The translations under genes were made by a program, and so were the position numbers. DNA of 64,000 nucleotides. Origin: Candidatus Saccharimonadales bacterium (GTDB lineage Bacteria; Patescibacteriota; Saccharimonadia; Saccharimonadales; 2-12-FULL-41-12). Positions 33,756 through 47,454 of the stretch are shown here, in pieces; position 1 is the first letter of the stretch; each line of letters starts with the position of its first letter. The notes under the pieces were generated by a model. That model was not told the DNA's origin. It was given only the letters and a program-made list of their open reading frames with translations, and made no database searches. The stretch covers positions 10,585-74,584 of the forward strand of contig JAYRJB010000001.1 in assembly GCA_041906505.1 (NCBI GenBank), read 5' to 3'.

Positions 33756-36200
33756 CTAGACCACAAAATTGACTAGTTTTTTCGGGATATAAACAGTCTT
33801 GCGCACGTCTTTTTCTAGATACGGTTGCACTTTCGCGTCTGCTTTGGCAGCCGCAACAACTGCAGATTCGTCCCAATCGGCGGGCACCAATATATTCGCC
33901 CTTACCCTGCCGTTGACCTGGACAACGATAGTTATAACATCGAGCATCAAGTACTTTTCATCATGCACCGGCCAACTGTCAATATGAACTGATCCCTCGT
34001 TGCCCATGTCGCGCCACAGCTCTTCGGCAATGTGTGGCCCAAACGGCGCAATACAAGCCACAAGGCTTGAAAGTGACTCTTGCCACACTTTGTGCTTTAC
34101 AAATCCATTCTGGGCTTTTTCAATATACAACTTGTTTACGGCTTGCATGGCCGCAGCAATTGCCGTGTTGTAGTGATTTCTTTCGATATCTTCGCTCATT
34201 TTTTTGATTGTCGAATGGGTGATATTTTGTAGTTTTTTTTGCTGGTCTTCGGCAACACTGCCTTCTCCCGCCTCTTGATAGTCTTGGACTAATGCCCATA
34301 ACCTTGCCAAAAAGCGATAGCAACCTGGTACACCTTGTGGATCCCAACGAGCCCCGAGCTCTAAAGGTGCAGCAAACATCAGATAAGTCCTCAGCGCGTC
34401 TGCTCCATATCCACTGTCAATAATTTCAAGCGGATCAACACCATTGCCCTTTGATTTTGAAAAGGCGCTACCGTCACTCGCCGTAACTTTTCCATTAAAC
34501 AACATGCGCTTAAACGGCTCTGGGTTATTAACGATTCCTATTTTGGTAAAGAAGCGGGCAATAAATCGAGCATAGAGCAAGTGAGCAGTGGCGTGATCTC
34601 CTCCATTATAAAAGTCGATTGGCATCCATTTGTTCACCATGCGAGAGTCAAATATTTTTTCCTCGTTTGTGGGGTCAAAATATCTAAACATGTACCAGCT
34701 ACTACAAATATAGGTATCAAGGGTGTCGGTTTCGCGCTCGGCGGGGCTTCCACACTTAGGGCAATCAACTTTCAGCCAGTCTGTCGCACGTGCTAACGCG
34801 CTTCGGCCATCGCCACTAGGCTGAAAGTCTTCCAACACCGGCAACTCAACGGGTAAATCGTCGTCTGGAACTAATACCAAGCCGCACGTCTGGCAATTAA
34901 CAATTGGTATTGGCGCTCCCCAATACCGCTGGCGACTCACACTCCAATCACGCATTTTGTAGTTCGTTTTCTCGGTGGCTTGACCTTTCTGGACCAAATC
35001 AGCGGTAATTTTTTCTCGAGCTTCTTCAGAAGCCATTCCGTTGTAGGTACCAGAGTTGATCATGGTGCCTTCTTCGTGAGTACATTCGTCGTCACTCGCG
35101 TCATTTTGAACCACTCTAACGATGGGTAGTTCGTAGCTCTTGGCGAATTCGTGATCCCGTTCGTCGTGCGCCGGAACAGCCATGATTGCCCCGGTGCCAT
35201 AGCCCATCAACACATAGTCGGCTATCCATATTGGGAGCTTCTGGTTATTTACTGGATTAACAGCGTATGCGCCCGTAAAAACACCTGTTTTATTTTTCTC
35301 TGCTTGGCGCTCAACGTCTGTTTTTTGCTGTGATTGTCTGATGTATTCACTAACTTGTTGTTTATGCTCAGCAGACGTAATTAGATTGACGATTGGGTGC
35401 TCTGGAGCTAAAACCATAAAAGTTGCACCAAATAGCGTATCCGGTCTTGTAGTAAAAACGGTAATTGTCTCGTCCTTTCCATCAAGCCCAAACACAATAT
35501 CGGCGCCCTTACTCTTGCCTATCCAATTCTTTTGTGCAAGCTTGACACTTTCGGTCCAATCAAGCTCATCGATCGCATCAAGCAGCTCATCTGCGTATTC
35601 GGTTATCTTAAAAAACCATTGTTTCACTTCCTTTTTTTCTACCTGTGGATCTTCGGGTCCATCGTGCCTCCAGCACTTGCCATCAATCACTTGCTCATTC
35701 GCGAGTACCGTCTGACACTTCTCGCACCACCACTGCATACGCGCATCTTGGTACGCTAAGCCATTTCGATACATCTGGCTAAAAATCCACTGCGTCCACT
35801 TGTAATAAATCGGTTCATGAGTAGCAATTTCTTTTGACCAATCATTACTCCAACCCATTGCTTTGTATTGTCGGTGGTAACTAGGTATGATATTCGCCAT
35901 GCTTTCTTGAGGCGAAACACCAGCCTTGATTGCATAATTTTCTGCAGGAAGACCAAATGCATCCCAGCCAACCGGGTGATAACTTTCATATCCCTGCTGG
36001 CGCTTGTAGCGAGCCTTTACGTCACTGATGGTATAGTTCATCGCGTGCCCAATATGAATACCCGCGCCACTTGGATAATTAAACATGCTCATGGCGATAT
36101 ACTTCGGTTTAGAGCTTGCTAAATCGGCTGTATAGACGTTGGTCTCGTCCCAAATTTTTTGCCATCTCGGCTCAATTTCTTTCGGATTATACCTCTTCAT
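33756..36200 (-). CDS. leuS: leucine--tRNA ligase
   Basis: It contains MKRYNPKEIEPRWQKIW, the HIGH-type motif HIGHAMNY and the KMSKS-type motif FSKSKGN. Confidence 0.95.
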   Translation of the reverse strand: MKRYNPKEIEPRWQKIWDETNVYTADLASSKPKYIAMSMFNYPSGAGIHIGHAMNYTISDVKARYKRQQGYESYHPVGWDAFGLPAENYAIKAGVSPQESMANIIPSYHRQYKAMGWSNDWSKEIATHEPIYYKWTQWIFSQMYRNGLAYQDARMQWWCEKCQTVLANEQVIDGKCWRHDGPEDPQVEKKEVKQWFFKITEYADELLDAIDELDWTESVKLAQKNWIGKSKGADIVFGLDGKDETITVFTTRPDTLFGATFMVLAPEHPIVNLITSAEHKQQVSEYIRQSQQKTDVERQAEKNKTGVFTGAYAVNPVNNQKLPIWIADYVLMGYGTGAIMAVPAHDERDHEFAKSYELPIVRVVQNDASDDECTHEEGTMINSGTYNGMASEEAREKITADLVQKGQATEKTNYKMRDWSVSRQRYWGAPIPIVNCQTCGLVLVPDDDLPVELPVLEDFQPSGDGRSALARATDWLKVDCPKCGSPAERETDTLDTYICSSWYMFRYFDPTNEEKIFDSRMVNKWMPIDFYNGGDHATAHLLYARFIARFFTKIGIVNNPEPFKRMLFNGKVTASDGSAFSKSKGNGVDPLEIIDSGYGADALRTYLMFAAPLELGARWDPQGVPGCYRFLARLWALVQDYQEAGEGSVAEDQQKKLQNITHSTIKKMSEDIERNHYNTAIAAAMQAVNKLYIEKAQNGFVKHKVWQESLSSLVACIAPFGPHIAEELWRDMGNEGSVHIDSWPVHDEKYLMLDVITIVVQVNGRVRANILVPADWDESAVVAAAKADAKVQPYLEKDVRKTVYIPKKLVNFVV

Positions 36201-36244
36201 TGAGTGCATATTATAACAAGAAGCGCATTCAGATACTTGTTGAT

Positions 36245-37147
36245 TTATCTCTTGCCGCAAACTAAGTCAATGCAATAGCTCATAAGTTTCGGCATATCCA
36301 TACCTGCTACTTCGGCCGAGAGAGGAAATAAGCTTTTTGAAGTAAGACCAGGCATTGTATTGACTTCTAACACGTAAAAATCTTCATCAGAGATAATTAT
36401 ATCGACCCTTGAAATGTGTCGACAACCCAATGCACTATGTGCGCGTTTCGCAAGCTCTGTTGCCTTATCTTGAAGTGCTTGACTGACGTGAATCGGAGGG
36501 CACAACTCTCTCGTCTTGCCGTTATATTTGTTTGTGTAGTCAAACGTTTCGCCAGCGGGAGGGATAATTTCGATTACAGGAAGGTCGTAACCATCCAAAA
36601 CTGGTACAGTAATCTCATTGCCGCCTATGAATTGTTCGAGCAACATTGTCTTATGTTTTGCAAAAAGTTTTTCTAATTGCTGTGAATCAACGTCGTGTTT
36701 CTCGACGCCGATTAGCATATCAATGCTAGATCCACCTTCAATAGGCTTGAGAATGTGAAGAGAATTACTTAGATCGGAGGTAAAGTATTGGTCATAATTT
36801 ACTTCTTGACCTTTTGGTGTATTGATAAGATTTGAGCGGAGAACCTTTTTCGTATCTGTTTTCGAAAAACACACTTTTGACGGTTTTGCGTTTGTCCCCA
36901 GAAACAATTTGTTCTTGCTTTCTAGAAATTGCTGAATCTGTCCGTCTTCACCTCCCCGACCGTGAAGAATTGGTAGAACGACTTCAAATCTGCCGATATT
37001 ACTCTCGAGCCAGACATAATCACCCCGCCAATCATAGTATTCAGTTTCATGGCCCAGCGAACTCACTGCCTCGTACACAGAAGCAGAAGAACGGAGAGAA
37101 ACCTCTCTTTCATCAGAAATTCCACCACCGATTATTAAAACGTTCAC
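36245..37147 (-). CDS. ddl: D-alanine--D-alanine ligase
   Basis: It contains IIGGGISDEREVSLRSS, PILHGRGGEDGQIQ and EVNTMPGLT. Confidence 0.85.
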   Translation of the reverse strand: MNVLIIGGGISDEREVSLRSSASVYEAVSSLGHETEYYDWRGDYVWLESNIGRFEVVLPILHGRGGEDGQIQQFLESKNKLFLGTNAKPSKVCFSKTDTKKVLRSNLINTPKGQEVNYDQYFTSDLSNSLHILKPIEGGSSIDMLIGVEKHDVDSQQLEKLFAKHKTMLLEQFIGGNEITVPVLDGYDLPVIEIIPPAGETFDYTNKYNGKTRELCPPIHVSQALQDKATELAKRAHSALGCRHISRVDIIISDEDFYVLEVNTMPGLTSKSLFPLSAEVAGMDMPKLMSYCIDLVCGKR

Positions 37148-38391
37148 GATGTAATTACTTTTTTCTTCTTACTAAGCCAGTCGGGTGATTGGCGGACGAG
37201 CTTAGAGGTGTGCTCGGGGTTTTTCAGAATCGATTTAATAGCCTCCTCCAAAAAGACACCGTTTTGTGAGCCCTTCAATAAAACAACACCGTTATTTTGC
37301 AACTTTTTCTTAATCACATCGCCAGCCTCGTAAGGCGTTTTGCAGCGTATTACTTCGCAGCCTCGCTGCTGGGCAGCCTCGGCTAGATACTTATTTGCGT
37401 CCTTTCCAAGAGTAATTAACAGATCAATTTTTTCGGGGTCAACGTAATGACCAACCGACGAGTGAATTGCCTGTGATAATTTTCCCATCTCGTTCATGTT
37501 ACCAAGCACGGCAATTTTTTGTGGAGCAGCAAGCTCGTACAGCACATCAAGAGCGGCAATCATAGCTTCGGCGCTTGCGTTATACGTATCGTCAATGATC
37601 ATTGAATCCTTGATACCTTCCAACTTTTGCATCCTACCAGGCATCGCTGTAATTTCTTTTAGACCAGCTTGAATTTGTTGATTTGAAACGCCAAGCTGGT
37701 GTGCAGCAAGCGATGCCGCCGCCAACCCCCACATTTGTTGCCTACCAAATAATTGCACTGTCGACTCGACGCGCTGACCAGCAAAGGAAACACCCAGTTT
37801 TGGAGGCGAGTAGTCAAACCTGGCTGTGGAATCTTGGAACTCACCAAAAGTACTAAAGTCAGTGGTTAGGAGTCTCTTAAATTCCCTCGCTGCACCCTCA
37901 TGAACAATAAGATTTTTCGAAAAAGCTTGAATCGAAAACTCTTCTTTCGCTACTGCTTCAATATCACCAAAAAATTCCATGTGCTCTGGGGCAATTCTCG
38001 TGACAATACCAACATCGAGCTGCAGGTATTTACCGAACTTTTCGAGCTGCCCCGGCCCGTCGGTGCCAAGCTCTAAAATCACAATTTCATATGAATAATT
38101 TTTTGATTCCAGGTACATTTTTGTGAAACATCTCAACCATGCAAATGGATTGAGTAGGCTCGGCATCGGCAACCCAAAGAAAACCAAAGGCACACTGACG
38201 AGATCATTGTAGTTTCCGTCCTGCCATCTTACTCGGTATTTTTGCGAAAGCACCGTTGCAACCGCACGTTTCGTGCCACTTTTTCCCAGGCTTCCCGCGA
38301 CTCCGACAAGAGTAATATGACTTTTTTTAAGCAGTCTTCGAACCAGCGTCCACGATATGGCAACCACGATTGGCTTGAATAGGTTTTTCAT
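37144..38391 (-). CDS. murF: Mur ligase family protein, MurF-like
   Basis: It has the P-loop GVAGSLGKSGTKRA and DDTYNAS. Its stop overlaps the ddl start by 4 nt. Confidence 0.75.
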   Translation of the reverse strand: MKNLFKPIVVAISWTLVRRLLKKSHITLVGVAGSLGKSGTKRAVATVLSQKYRVRWQDGNYNDLVSVPLVFFGLPMPSLLNPFAWLRCFTKMYLESKNYSYEIVILELGTDGPGQLEKFGKYLQLDVGIVTRIAPEHMEFFGDIEAVAKEEFSIQAFSKNLIVHEGAAREFKRLLTTDFSTFGEFQDSTARFDYSPPKLGVSFAGQRVESTVQLFGRQQMWGLAAASLAAHQLGVSNQQIQAGLKEITAMPGRMQKLEGIKDSMIIDDTYNASAEAMIAALDVLYELAAPQKIAVLGNMNEMGKLSQAIHSSVGHYVDPEKIDLLITLGKDANKYLAEAAQQRGCEVIRCKTPYEAGDVIKKKLQNNGVVLLKGSQNGVFLEEAIKSILKNPEHTSKLVRQSPDWLSKKKKVITS

Positions 38392-38393
38392 TG

Positions 38394-39164
38394 TTATTTT
38401 TTCTGTGTATTCGCAAGAAATTCGGTTACTATTTTTGCGGTTTCGTTTGGCTCATCTATATGCACAAAGTGCCCTGCTTCTTCCAGCACGTGCAATTGCG
38501 AGTTCGTAATAGCTTCGGTAAATAACGCACCGTATAACTGCGGAGTGGCATGGTCCTCGTCACCGTATATCAGTATTGTCGGAACTTTGATATTTCGCGC
38601 GTGATCAAGTACGTCTTCGCTGACGATGTTCTTAAACGTTTCTTTCATTCCTTCGACCACTAAATAGTCCGATCCGATCCGACGATACAGTTTGTGTCGA
38701 AGCTGTTCCCGCGATTTTTCTGGTGCAAGATGAAGAATAAATTTGCTAGATTTTGTCAGCGCCTTGAGAGCTGTGTTGCGAAAAGTATACGGTCTTCGAA
38801 TTCCCGAAGAGGCAATAAGAACAAGTTTTTTGGGTTTTAAAATGTCGCTGGCCACGGCTTTTATTGAAATTGCACCTCCGTTGGAATGACCAACGAGCGC
38901 AAATAATGAAAGTTCTAATTTCTGCAAGAAATGAGCCGTAAAAAGCGCAAAATCAGCAAGTGTCCATGCCCGCTCTGGGCCCTCTGTTTTCCCAAATCCG
39001 GGTAAATCCAAAGAGATGACGCGGTACTGACTAGAAAGCTTTTTTGCCAAGCCGCTAAATGACGCAGCGCTATCTGCCCAACCATGCAAAATGAGCACAG
39101 TTGGCTTGCCGCTTTTCCCTGTGTCGAGGTAGTTTGTCGAAAGACCGTCGACGATTACTTGCAT
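38394..39164 (-). CDS. alpha/beta hydrolase
   Basis: It has LHGW and the nucleophile elbow GHSNGG. Confidence 0.75.
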   Translation of the reverse strand: MQVIVDGLSTNYLDTGKSGKPTVLILHGWADSAASFSGLAKKLSSQYRVISLDLPGFGKTEGPERAWTLADFALFTAHFLQKLELSLFALVGHSNGGAISIKAVASDILKPKKLVLIASSGIRRPYTFRNTALKALTKSSKFILHLAPEKSREQLRHKLYRRIGSDYLVVEGMKETFKNIVSEDVLDHARNIKVPTILIYGDEDHATPQLYGALFTEAITNSQLHVLEEAGHFVHIDEPNETAKIVTEFLANTQKK

Positions 39165-39212
39165 CTTGCCCTAATTATACCAAGGTTAGCCAATTATTGA
39201 CCGAAGAAACCT

Positions 39213-40157
39213 CTACTGAAACTGTTGGAGTCGGCTTTGGAGCTCGTCAATAGAAATCGATTCGCTCGGAAAACTAATCTGTCGTTTTATCCCGTAAGCC
39301 CCATAGTTTTCAACGCGCTGCGTATCGGTAAATTTGACACTTTTTACGTGTCGGCTAATTAAATCGACAGTCATAACAATGTTAATATCGGGCGAATCTT
39401 TATACTGCCTCGGGTCAAGCTGCTCTTTGTCGCCCACCCCAGTTACTTCTGAATATTTCGAGAGTACTTTTAGCAAGGACTCTGGCTTAAGCGCAATATT
39501 GTAAGCTATTTGTGGCCGCAACCCATCGTAGCTAATCTTGCTTTGCTGATAATTGTACAGCTTTTGCCGGTTTACCTCTTGGATGATGACATCCCTTTGG
39601 TCAGCGGATAAATTTCCAAACGGAACAATGGAAAAGATGCTCTCGTTTAGAAATGTCGGTTTTGCGCCGGTTTTTTTGTCTTGCACTCTCTTGCCCCATA
39701 CATTTATCACTTTGCCAAAATCTTTGTTTCCGGCACCTTCTGGTAACTCAATCGAGGTATACCGCACAAAATCTTGTGTATTATTGCCAGTTGTCTCGTT
39801 TGTTACCTTTGTAACTTTACCACTCTGCAAGTTGCCTTCTCGCAGTTGCACTTCTGACTGCATTGCCACTTGCGGTACAAACGTATTGTAATAAACTTGA
39901 TCAATACTGCTTTGGGGGCCGCCTTGAATAATGTTTCTTTGAACGCTATTCACTTGAAGACTTTTGTTAAGCATTGCAGCAAGGACCCTGTCTGGATTGG
40001 TAAAGATATTTTTGTAATACACATAACCGCTGGTGGCGAACAGGATCACACCGACGCAAAGCATAAGACTCACGAGTTTTTTATAACTTAAGTTCACGCG
40101 CTGATATTCAATGAGCTTCTTTTTTGAAGAACTAGATTTTTTGGTTGGTTTTGCCAC
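39213..40157 (-). CDS. membrane-anchored hypothetical protein
   Basis: It has a basic N-terminus, a single TM and an extracytoplasmic domain. Confidence 0.5.
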   Translation of the reverse strand: MAKPTKKSSSSKKKLIEYQRVNLSYKKLVSLMLCVGVILFATSGYVYYKNIFTNPDRVLAAMLNKSLQVNSVQRNIIQGGPQSSIDQVYYNTFVPQVAMQSEVQLREGNLQSGKVTKVTNETTGNNTQDFVRYTSIELPEGAGNKDFGKVINVWGKRVQDKKTGAKPTFLNESIFSIVPFGNLSADQRDVIIQEVNRQKLYNYQQSKISYDGLRPQIAYNIALKPESLLKVLSKYSEVTGVGDKEQLDPRQYKDSPDINIVMTVDLISRHVKSVKFTDTQRVENYGAYGIKRQISFPSESISIDELQSRLQQFQ

Positions 40158-40279
40158 TTAATGATTCCTTTTACATTTGTCTTCGAGCAAGTCTGGGTTG
40201 CTCTGCCTTCCAAAACGTCGAACATGCGGTTCTTTAGACGCATTCTACACTATATGGGCCTGTTCGACGAGAAAATCCG

Positions 40280-40356
40280 TGGTGGAGCATATCGGATTCG
40301 AACCGATGACCTCTTCCATGCCATGGAAACGCGCTAGCCAACTGCGCCAATGCCCC
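40280..40356 (-). tRNA. tRNA-Ala (anticodon GGC), CCA encoded
   Basis: A hand-folded cloverleaf gives acceptor GGGGCAT/ATGCTCC with G3:U70 and anticodon loop ATGGCAT. Confidence 0.85.
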
Positions 40357-40455
40357 TTCTTTTATGTAAATGGGGTGCTTTTTTGCAACTTTCCCCGTTC
40401 GTTTACTCCTTAGATTGTACCACAGGCAATTATTTTTTACGGATGAAACGAGGAC

Positions 40456-43383
<2,928 letters not shown>

Positions 43384-43391
<8 letters not shown>

Positions 43392-44250
43392 GATCACCCA
43401 TCTCACGAAGAATACGTATACGATCTTCTATCGGGGGATGGGTGCTAAAAAGCCCGCTAAACGAGCCAGATTTGAGTGGGTTTGCAAAAAATAAATGAGC
43501 AGTGGAACTATTTGCTCTGGCGGTAGCGCTTCCCTGCTGTTGAATTTTTTCTAGAGCACTGGCGAGACCTTCGGGGTAGCGTGTTGCCAGTGCGCCGGTG
43601 GCATCAGCCAAATACTCTCGTTTGCGTGAAATGGCAAGCTGGATCATCGTCGCTACGATCGGGGCAAGAACGATGGCTGCTATGCCAAGAATTGCCGTCA
43701 GCTGACTGCCCTCTCGGTCACGACCCCAAGACATCCACCAGATTATATCGGTAATCACACCGACAATTGCAACCAGCGCAAAAGCAATCATCGAAACTCG
43801 AATGTCAAAGTTCTTCACATGTCCCAGTTCGTGCGCCATCACACCTTCTAGCTCTTTGTCGTCCAAGGCGTCAAGCAGACCCCTCGTCGCACAGACGGCA
43901 GCGTTTTGTGGATTTCTACCTGTTGCAAAGGCATTCAGCGCCGGATCTTCCATAATGTACACCTTGGGCATGGGTAGTCCTTCGGTGATTGCCAGATTTT
44001 CAACAATTCTCCACAAACGAGGATCATCGCGCTTTTCTATTTGTTTCGCGCCATTTACCGCCAGCGACATTTTTGTGCCGCTATAGTAGACAATCAGTCC
44101 GTAGATCAGTCCACCAATGAGCACATATGGGGTGATGAAGGGAGAATCAAGATACGCACCCACCAGCCAACCAAGTCCAGTAATCAAAACAACGAATACT
44201 AGGAATATAAAAACGGTTTTTCTTTTGTTTGCTGCAATACTCGAATACAT
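43384..44250 (-). CDS. htpX: zinc metalloprotease HtpX
   Basis: It has the motif HELGHVKN and TM segments. Confidence 0.85.
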
Positions 44251-44323
44251 AGTCTTAAAAATTCACCTATAGGTTTTGGGTTCTTGGGTTCCTTGCCATG
44301 TCTAGCCCAAATTTTGCTGTAAG

Positions 44324-44887
44324 CTAAAACTTAACCTCTGTTGGCTTGGACACCGCTTCGGCTTCGCCCTCTTCGACCTCAAAGAACTCTCTTTCGCTAA
44401 ACCCAAGCATACCTGCGAACAAAATATTTGGAAATGTTTTGATCTTGATATTTAGATCACGCGCAGAACCGTTATAAAATCGTCTGGCAGCCTGGATTTT
44501 GTCCTCTGTGTCTACAAGCTCCTCTTGCAAGTGCTTAAAATTCTCGTTTGCCTTTAGGTCTGGATAGTTTTCTGCAACCGCAAAGAGACTCTTTAGCGTT
44601 TCCGAAAACATATTTTCGGCCTTGGCTTGCTCTTTTGGCCCCTGTGCGTTCATGGCATTGCTGCGAGCTTCTGTCACATTTTCAAACACTGTTTTTTCGT
44701 GAGAGGCGTACCCTTTCACCGTATTTACAAGGTTCGGAATTAGGTCATAGCGTCGTTTGAGCTGAACTGTGATGTCGCTCCACGCCTCGTCAACCCGTAC
44801 TTTGCTTTTTACTAGGCTGTTGTAGATGTAGATTCCAAAAACAACTACGAGAACTACAACCCCTAACAAGACATACAATCCTATCAT
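44324..44887 (-). CDS. lemA: LemA family protein
   Basis: It has an N-terminal [12 protein letters not shown] and [12 protein letters not shown]. Confidence 0.85.
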   Translation of the reverse strand: MIGLYVLLGVVVLVVVFGIYIYNSLVKSKVRVDEAWSDITVQLKRRYDLIPNLVNTVKGYASHEKTVFENVTEARSNAMNAQGPKEQAKAENMFSETLKSLFAVAENYPDLKANENFKHLQEELVDTEDKIQAARRFYNGSARDLNIKIKTFPNILFAGMLGFSEREFFEVEEGEAEAVSKPTEVKF

Positions 44888-44932
44888 CTAGTATTCCCCC
44901 TTTTTATAATTAACAATTCTAGTATAGCACTT

Positions 44933-45019
44933 TGGTGCGCGGGGAGGGACTCGAACCCTCACGGTCTTTCGACCCCCAGATTTTAAGTCTAGTACGGCTA
45001 CCAGTTACGTCACCCGCGC
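44933..45019 (-). tRNA. tRNA-Leu (anticodon TAA), long variable arm, CCA encoded
   Basis: The acceptor is GCGCGGG/CCCGCGC and the anticodon loop is CTTAAAA. Confidence 0.8.
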
Positions 45020-45143
45020 CTACTTGCACGGTTTGATTATAGCTGAACTGCACTTGATTTCAGAAGCTTTTTAAACCGACTCACACAAATGGAAAATTTG
45101 ATATCAAGCACTGGATTGAATGTTGCAGCTTATGAATAATATT

Positions 45144-45217
45144 TGGAGGCACGGACGGGATTTGCACCCGTGTTCGTGGTTTTGCAGACCACTGCCTAAC
45201 TCCTCGGCCACCGCGCC
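45144..45217 (-). tRNA. tRNA-Cys (anticodon GCA), CCA encoded
   Basis: The acceptor is GGCGCGG/CCGTGCC and the anticodon stem-loop is GTGGT-CTGCAAA-ACCAC. Confidence 0.8.
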
Positions 45218-45381
45218 AAAATACATAAGCTATTGTATCTTTTATCTGCGGTTTCACAAAAGCGGACGCGATAAGGTATGTCAAATAAACGAAGACTAGG
45301 TGTTTTTGCTAGCCAAAAAACAAGAACAGCTCTGCTTGCTTCTTAATGTTGTAGGTAAGTAAAGATTAGAAGCTCTGAGAC

Positions 45382-45852
45382 TTACATTCTATGATGATAG
45401 TCGTGTGCAACAGCGTGTCCTCTGCCGCGAGCGATCAAATATCTATTGAGTGGAAATGCTACCAAAAACGCAACCATCAATGAAAAAGCGAGACTACCCC
45501 AAAATAAAAATGTTGTGAGACCTGCATATATAGCTCCAGGTATAACAACCAAAACTGCGTTATCCGTAATTTCCATAACAGTAATCGAAGCGGTGTCGGC
45601 AGCGAAAGCAATTGTTAGGGACTTTTTCCAGCCCAGGCCGTGCTTTATGAGTGGGATAAGGCTCAGTAGATAGCCGAAAAAGAAGGCAAGCAAAACTGAT
45701 AAAACAATGCTAGGAATAGTGGCCCAACCTAGCGCCGACGATATGATCATGCCCAGAACCTCCCCAATTGCGCACCCGCTTAGGCAGTGCAGTGTTGCGC
45801 TGGCCGCGGTTCTATTTAGGGATTCATGATTTACCGAATGGTTTTTATGCAT
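45382..45852 (-). CDS. DUF4396 family membrane protein
   Basis: It has the LHCLSGCAIGEVLGM motif. Confidence 0.6.
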   Translation of the reverse strand: MHKNHSVNHESLNRTAASATLHCLSGCAIGEVLGMIISSALGWATIPSIVLSVLLAFFFGYLLSLIPLIKHGLGWKKSLTIAFAADTASITVMEITDNAVLVVIPGAIYAGLTTFLFWGSLAFSLMVAFLVAFPLNRYLIARGRGHAVAHDYHHRM

Positions 45853-45854
45853 TT

Positions 45855-46292
45855 TTAGCGACTGCCATGCATCATATTCATCATTTCATCAGATGAGTAC
45901 GACCAATCCTTTTGCCACTGCTTCATGTTTGTAATTTCTTTTTCTTGGGCAGCAATAATGTCTTTGCTAAGTTGCTTGATTTCTTCGTGCCTTGCCCGGG
46001 TGTCCGAAAGTTTGGCCATATCAATAGCCCCTTGATGGTGGTCAATCATCATTTCTGTAAAGGCTTTGTCATAGTCGTCGCCTTTTAGGTCCTCGAGCTG
46101 TCTGCTCATCTCATCCATAGACATCGCGCTATGGTCACGAACTGTGCGCTGTTCAACCTTCGCGGTATCCATGCCCATCATTCGCATCATACCTGTGTTG
46201 TTATTATTTACAGATTGTCCAGCAACAAAACCAGCTATCACAACTCCCGCCAGCAAGCCTATTACTGCAAACATTGCATTGTCTTTATTCAT
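45855..46292 (-). CDS. DUF305 family protein (membrane anchored)
   Basis: It contains FTEMMIDHHQGAIDMA and has an N-terminal TM. Confidence 0.7.
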   Translation of the reverse strand: MNKDNAMFAVIGLLAGVVIAGFVAGQSVNNNNTGMMRMMGMDTAKVEQRTVRDHSAMSMDEMSRQLEDLKGDDYDKAFTEMMIDHHQGAIDMAKLSDTRARHEEIKQLSKDIIAAQEKEITNMKQWQKDWSYSSDEMMNMMHGSR

Positions 46293-46303
46293 AAAATAAC
46301 CCC

Positions 46304-46588
46304 CTATTTACCTCTAACGTTTGATAACTCGTATAAGCCCAGTAGTTCCTCGACTGACCGCTCTTGCGCCTGCTTTGAGTTGGAACCAAGGTTCTCTTTG
46401 ATATGCGTACGAATATGGTTCTCGAGTATTAGCTTGTTGAGTGAGCCGATAGATTTTTGAATAGCGAGGCTCTGTGTCAGTATGTCCATACAATAATCTT
46501 CGTTCTCTATCATTTTCTGGATACCCCGCATCTGTCCTTCGAGGATCTTGGAGCGATGCAAGGCTCGTTTTTTTAGGTCGTTAATCAT
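46304..46588 (-). CDS. csoR: CsoR/RcnR family metal-sensing transcriptional repressor
   Basis: It contains LHRSKILEGQMRGIQKMIENEDYCMDILTQSLAIQKSI, with Cys and His ligand positions. Confidence 0.8.
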   Translation of the reverse strand: MINDLKKRALHRSKILEGQMRGIQKMIENEDYCMDILTQSLAIQKSIGSLNKLILENHIRTHIKENLGSNSKQAQERSVEELLGLYELSNVRGK

Positions 46589-46594
46589 ATTGAA

Positions 46595-46623
46595 ATAATA
46601 ATACCCCCAGGGGGTATTGTCAA
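46595..46623 (-). promoter_or_regulatory. csoR promoter with CsoR-type operator filling the spacer; leaderless start
   Basis: The minus strand reads TTGACA-ATACCCCCTGGGGGTAT-TATTAT. The 17-nt spacer is itself the G/C-tract palindrome (46601-46617). The -10 ends 6 nt before the ATG at 46588. Confidence 0.65.
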
Positions 46624-46774
46624 TACAAAATTAATTACTCTAATAGAGGTGATGCAGCTCTACTCTTGTCATAACAACGGTTGACGAATTTCAAACATCG
46701 GCAATTGAGCAAGCAGGTGACGCTAAGCTGAAAAATCTGTTTAATCTTTTTAACCTAAATAGCGAAGTACTGAA

Positions 46775-47290
46775 CTACTGATTGAGCAATAAATCACTAT
46801 AGGATACCGAAATTAAGTCTTCGTCTTTGATGCCCATTTCTTTGAGATATTTATTGCACTGCTCATTCAACTTATCACTGCCAAGATTGCCACTCGCATC
46901 TATTGCTTCAATTTCCATAAACGTACCCAGACCCTCTACCGCATCAACGTGAAACTTTACATTCTCAATGAAATATATTTCTCTTTTCTTATCAACGACC
47001 ACTAAAACTCCCAGGGCTTTAGCAAGAACTTCCTTTAATGTTGAGCCAGGTTGTGATGTGAAAAGGGTAACTTTTGACTGCTTAGGTCCTTCATGATCTG
47101 AGCGCTCGTAGTGAATGAGGAAGTTCTCGATCTTGCCTTCCCGTAGCTTTAGGCGGCCGTTCGGTACATTAAAGTATGTATCGATTTGGCGGTCTACACC
47201 TTTGAAGTCTGCATTATTATTGCTCAAATACTTACGTATTGTTTCTTGGTTATTGCATCGTGCTTTAATCTCAACATTCAAATGTCCCAT
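46775..47290 (-). CDS. CYTH domain protein (class IV adenylate cyclase/CyaB-like)
   Basis: The N-terminal NVEIKAR gives ExExK, followed by the RLKLREG and FMEIEA strands. Confidence 0.7.
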   Translation of the reverse strand: MGHLNVEIKARCNNQETIRKYLSNNNADFKGVDRQIDTYFNVPNGRLKLREGKIENFLIHYERSDHEGPKQSKVTLFTSQPGSTLKEVLAKALGVLVVVDKKREIYFIENVKFHVDAVEGLGTFMEIEAIDASGNLGSDKLNEQCNKYLKEMGIKDEDLISVSYSDLLLNQ

Positions 47291-47454
47291 CGCCGCTCCC
47301 TATTCTCAAATAAGCATACACCGTAAAGCCTATTGGCATGACTGAATGGTGTATTCGTCAGCTAACAAATAATTCAATGAGATTGAGTCGCTCAAGATTA
47401 TCGAGTTACAGCAAGAAGAAAAAATATCAGAGGATATAACAGCCAAAAAGTTAC

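Noticed and set aside
45081-45284. 67-aa ORF (and 48509..48706, 65 aa) overlapping tRNA genes
   Set aside because: They are explained by tRNA-Cys and tRNA-Val sequences on the same strand, and their G/C-rich stems give spurious open frames.
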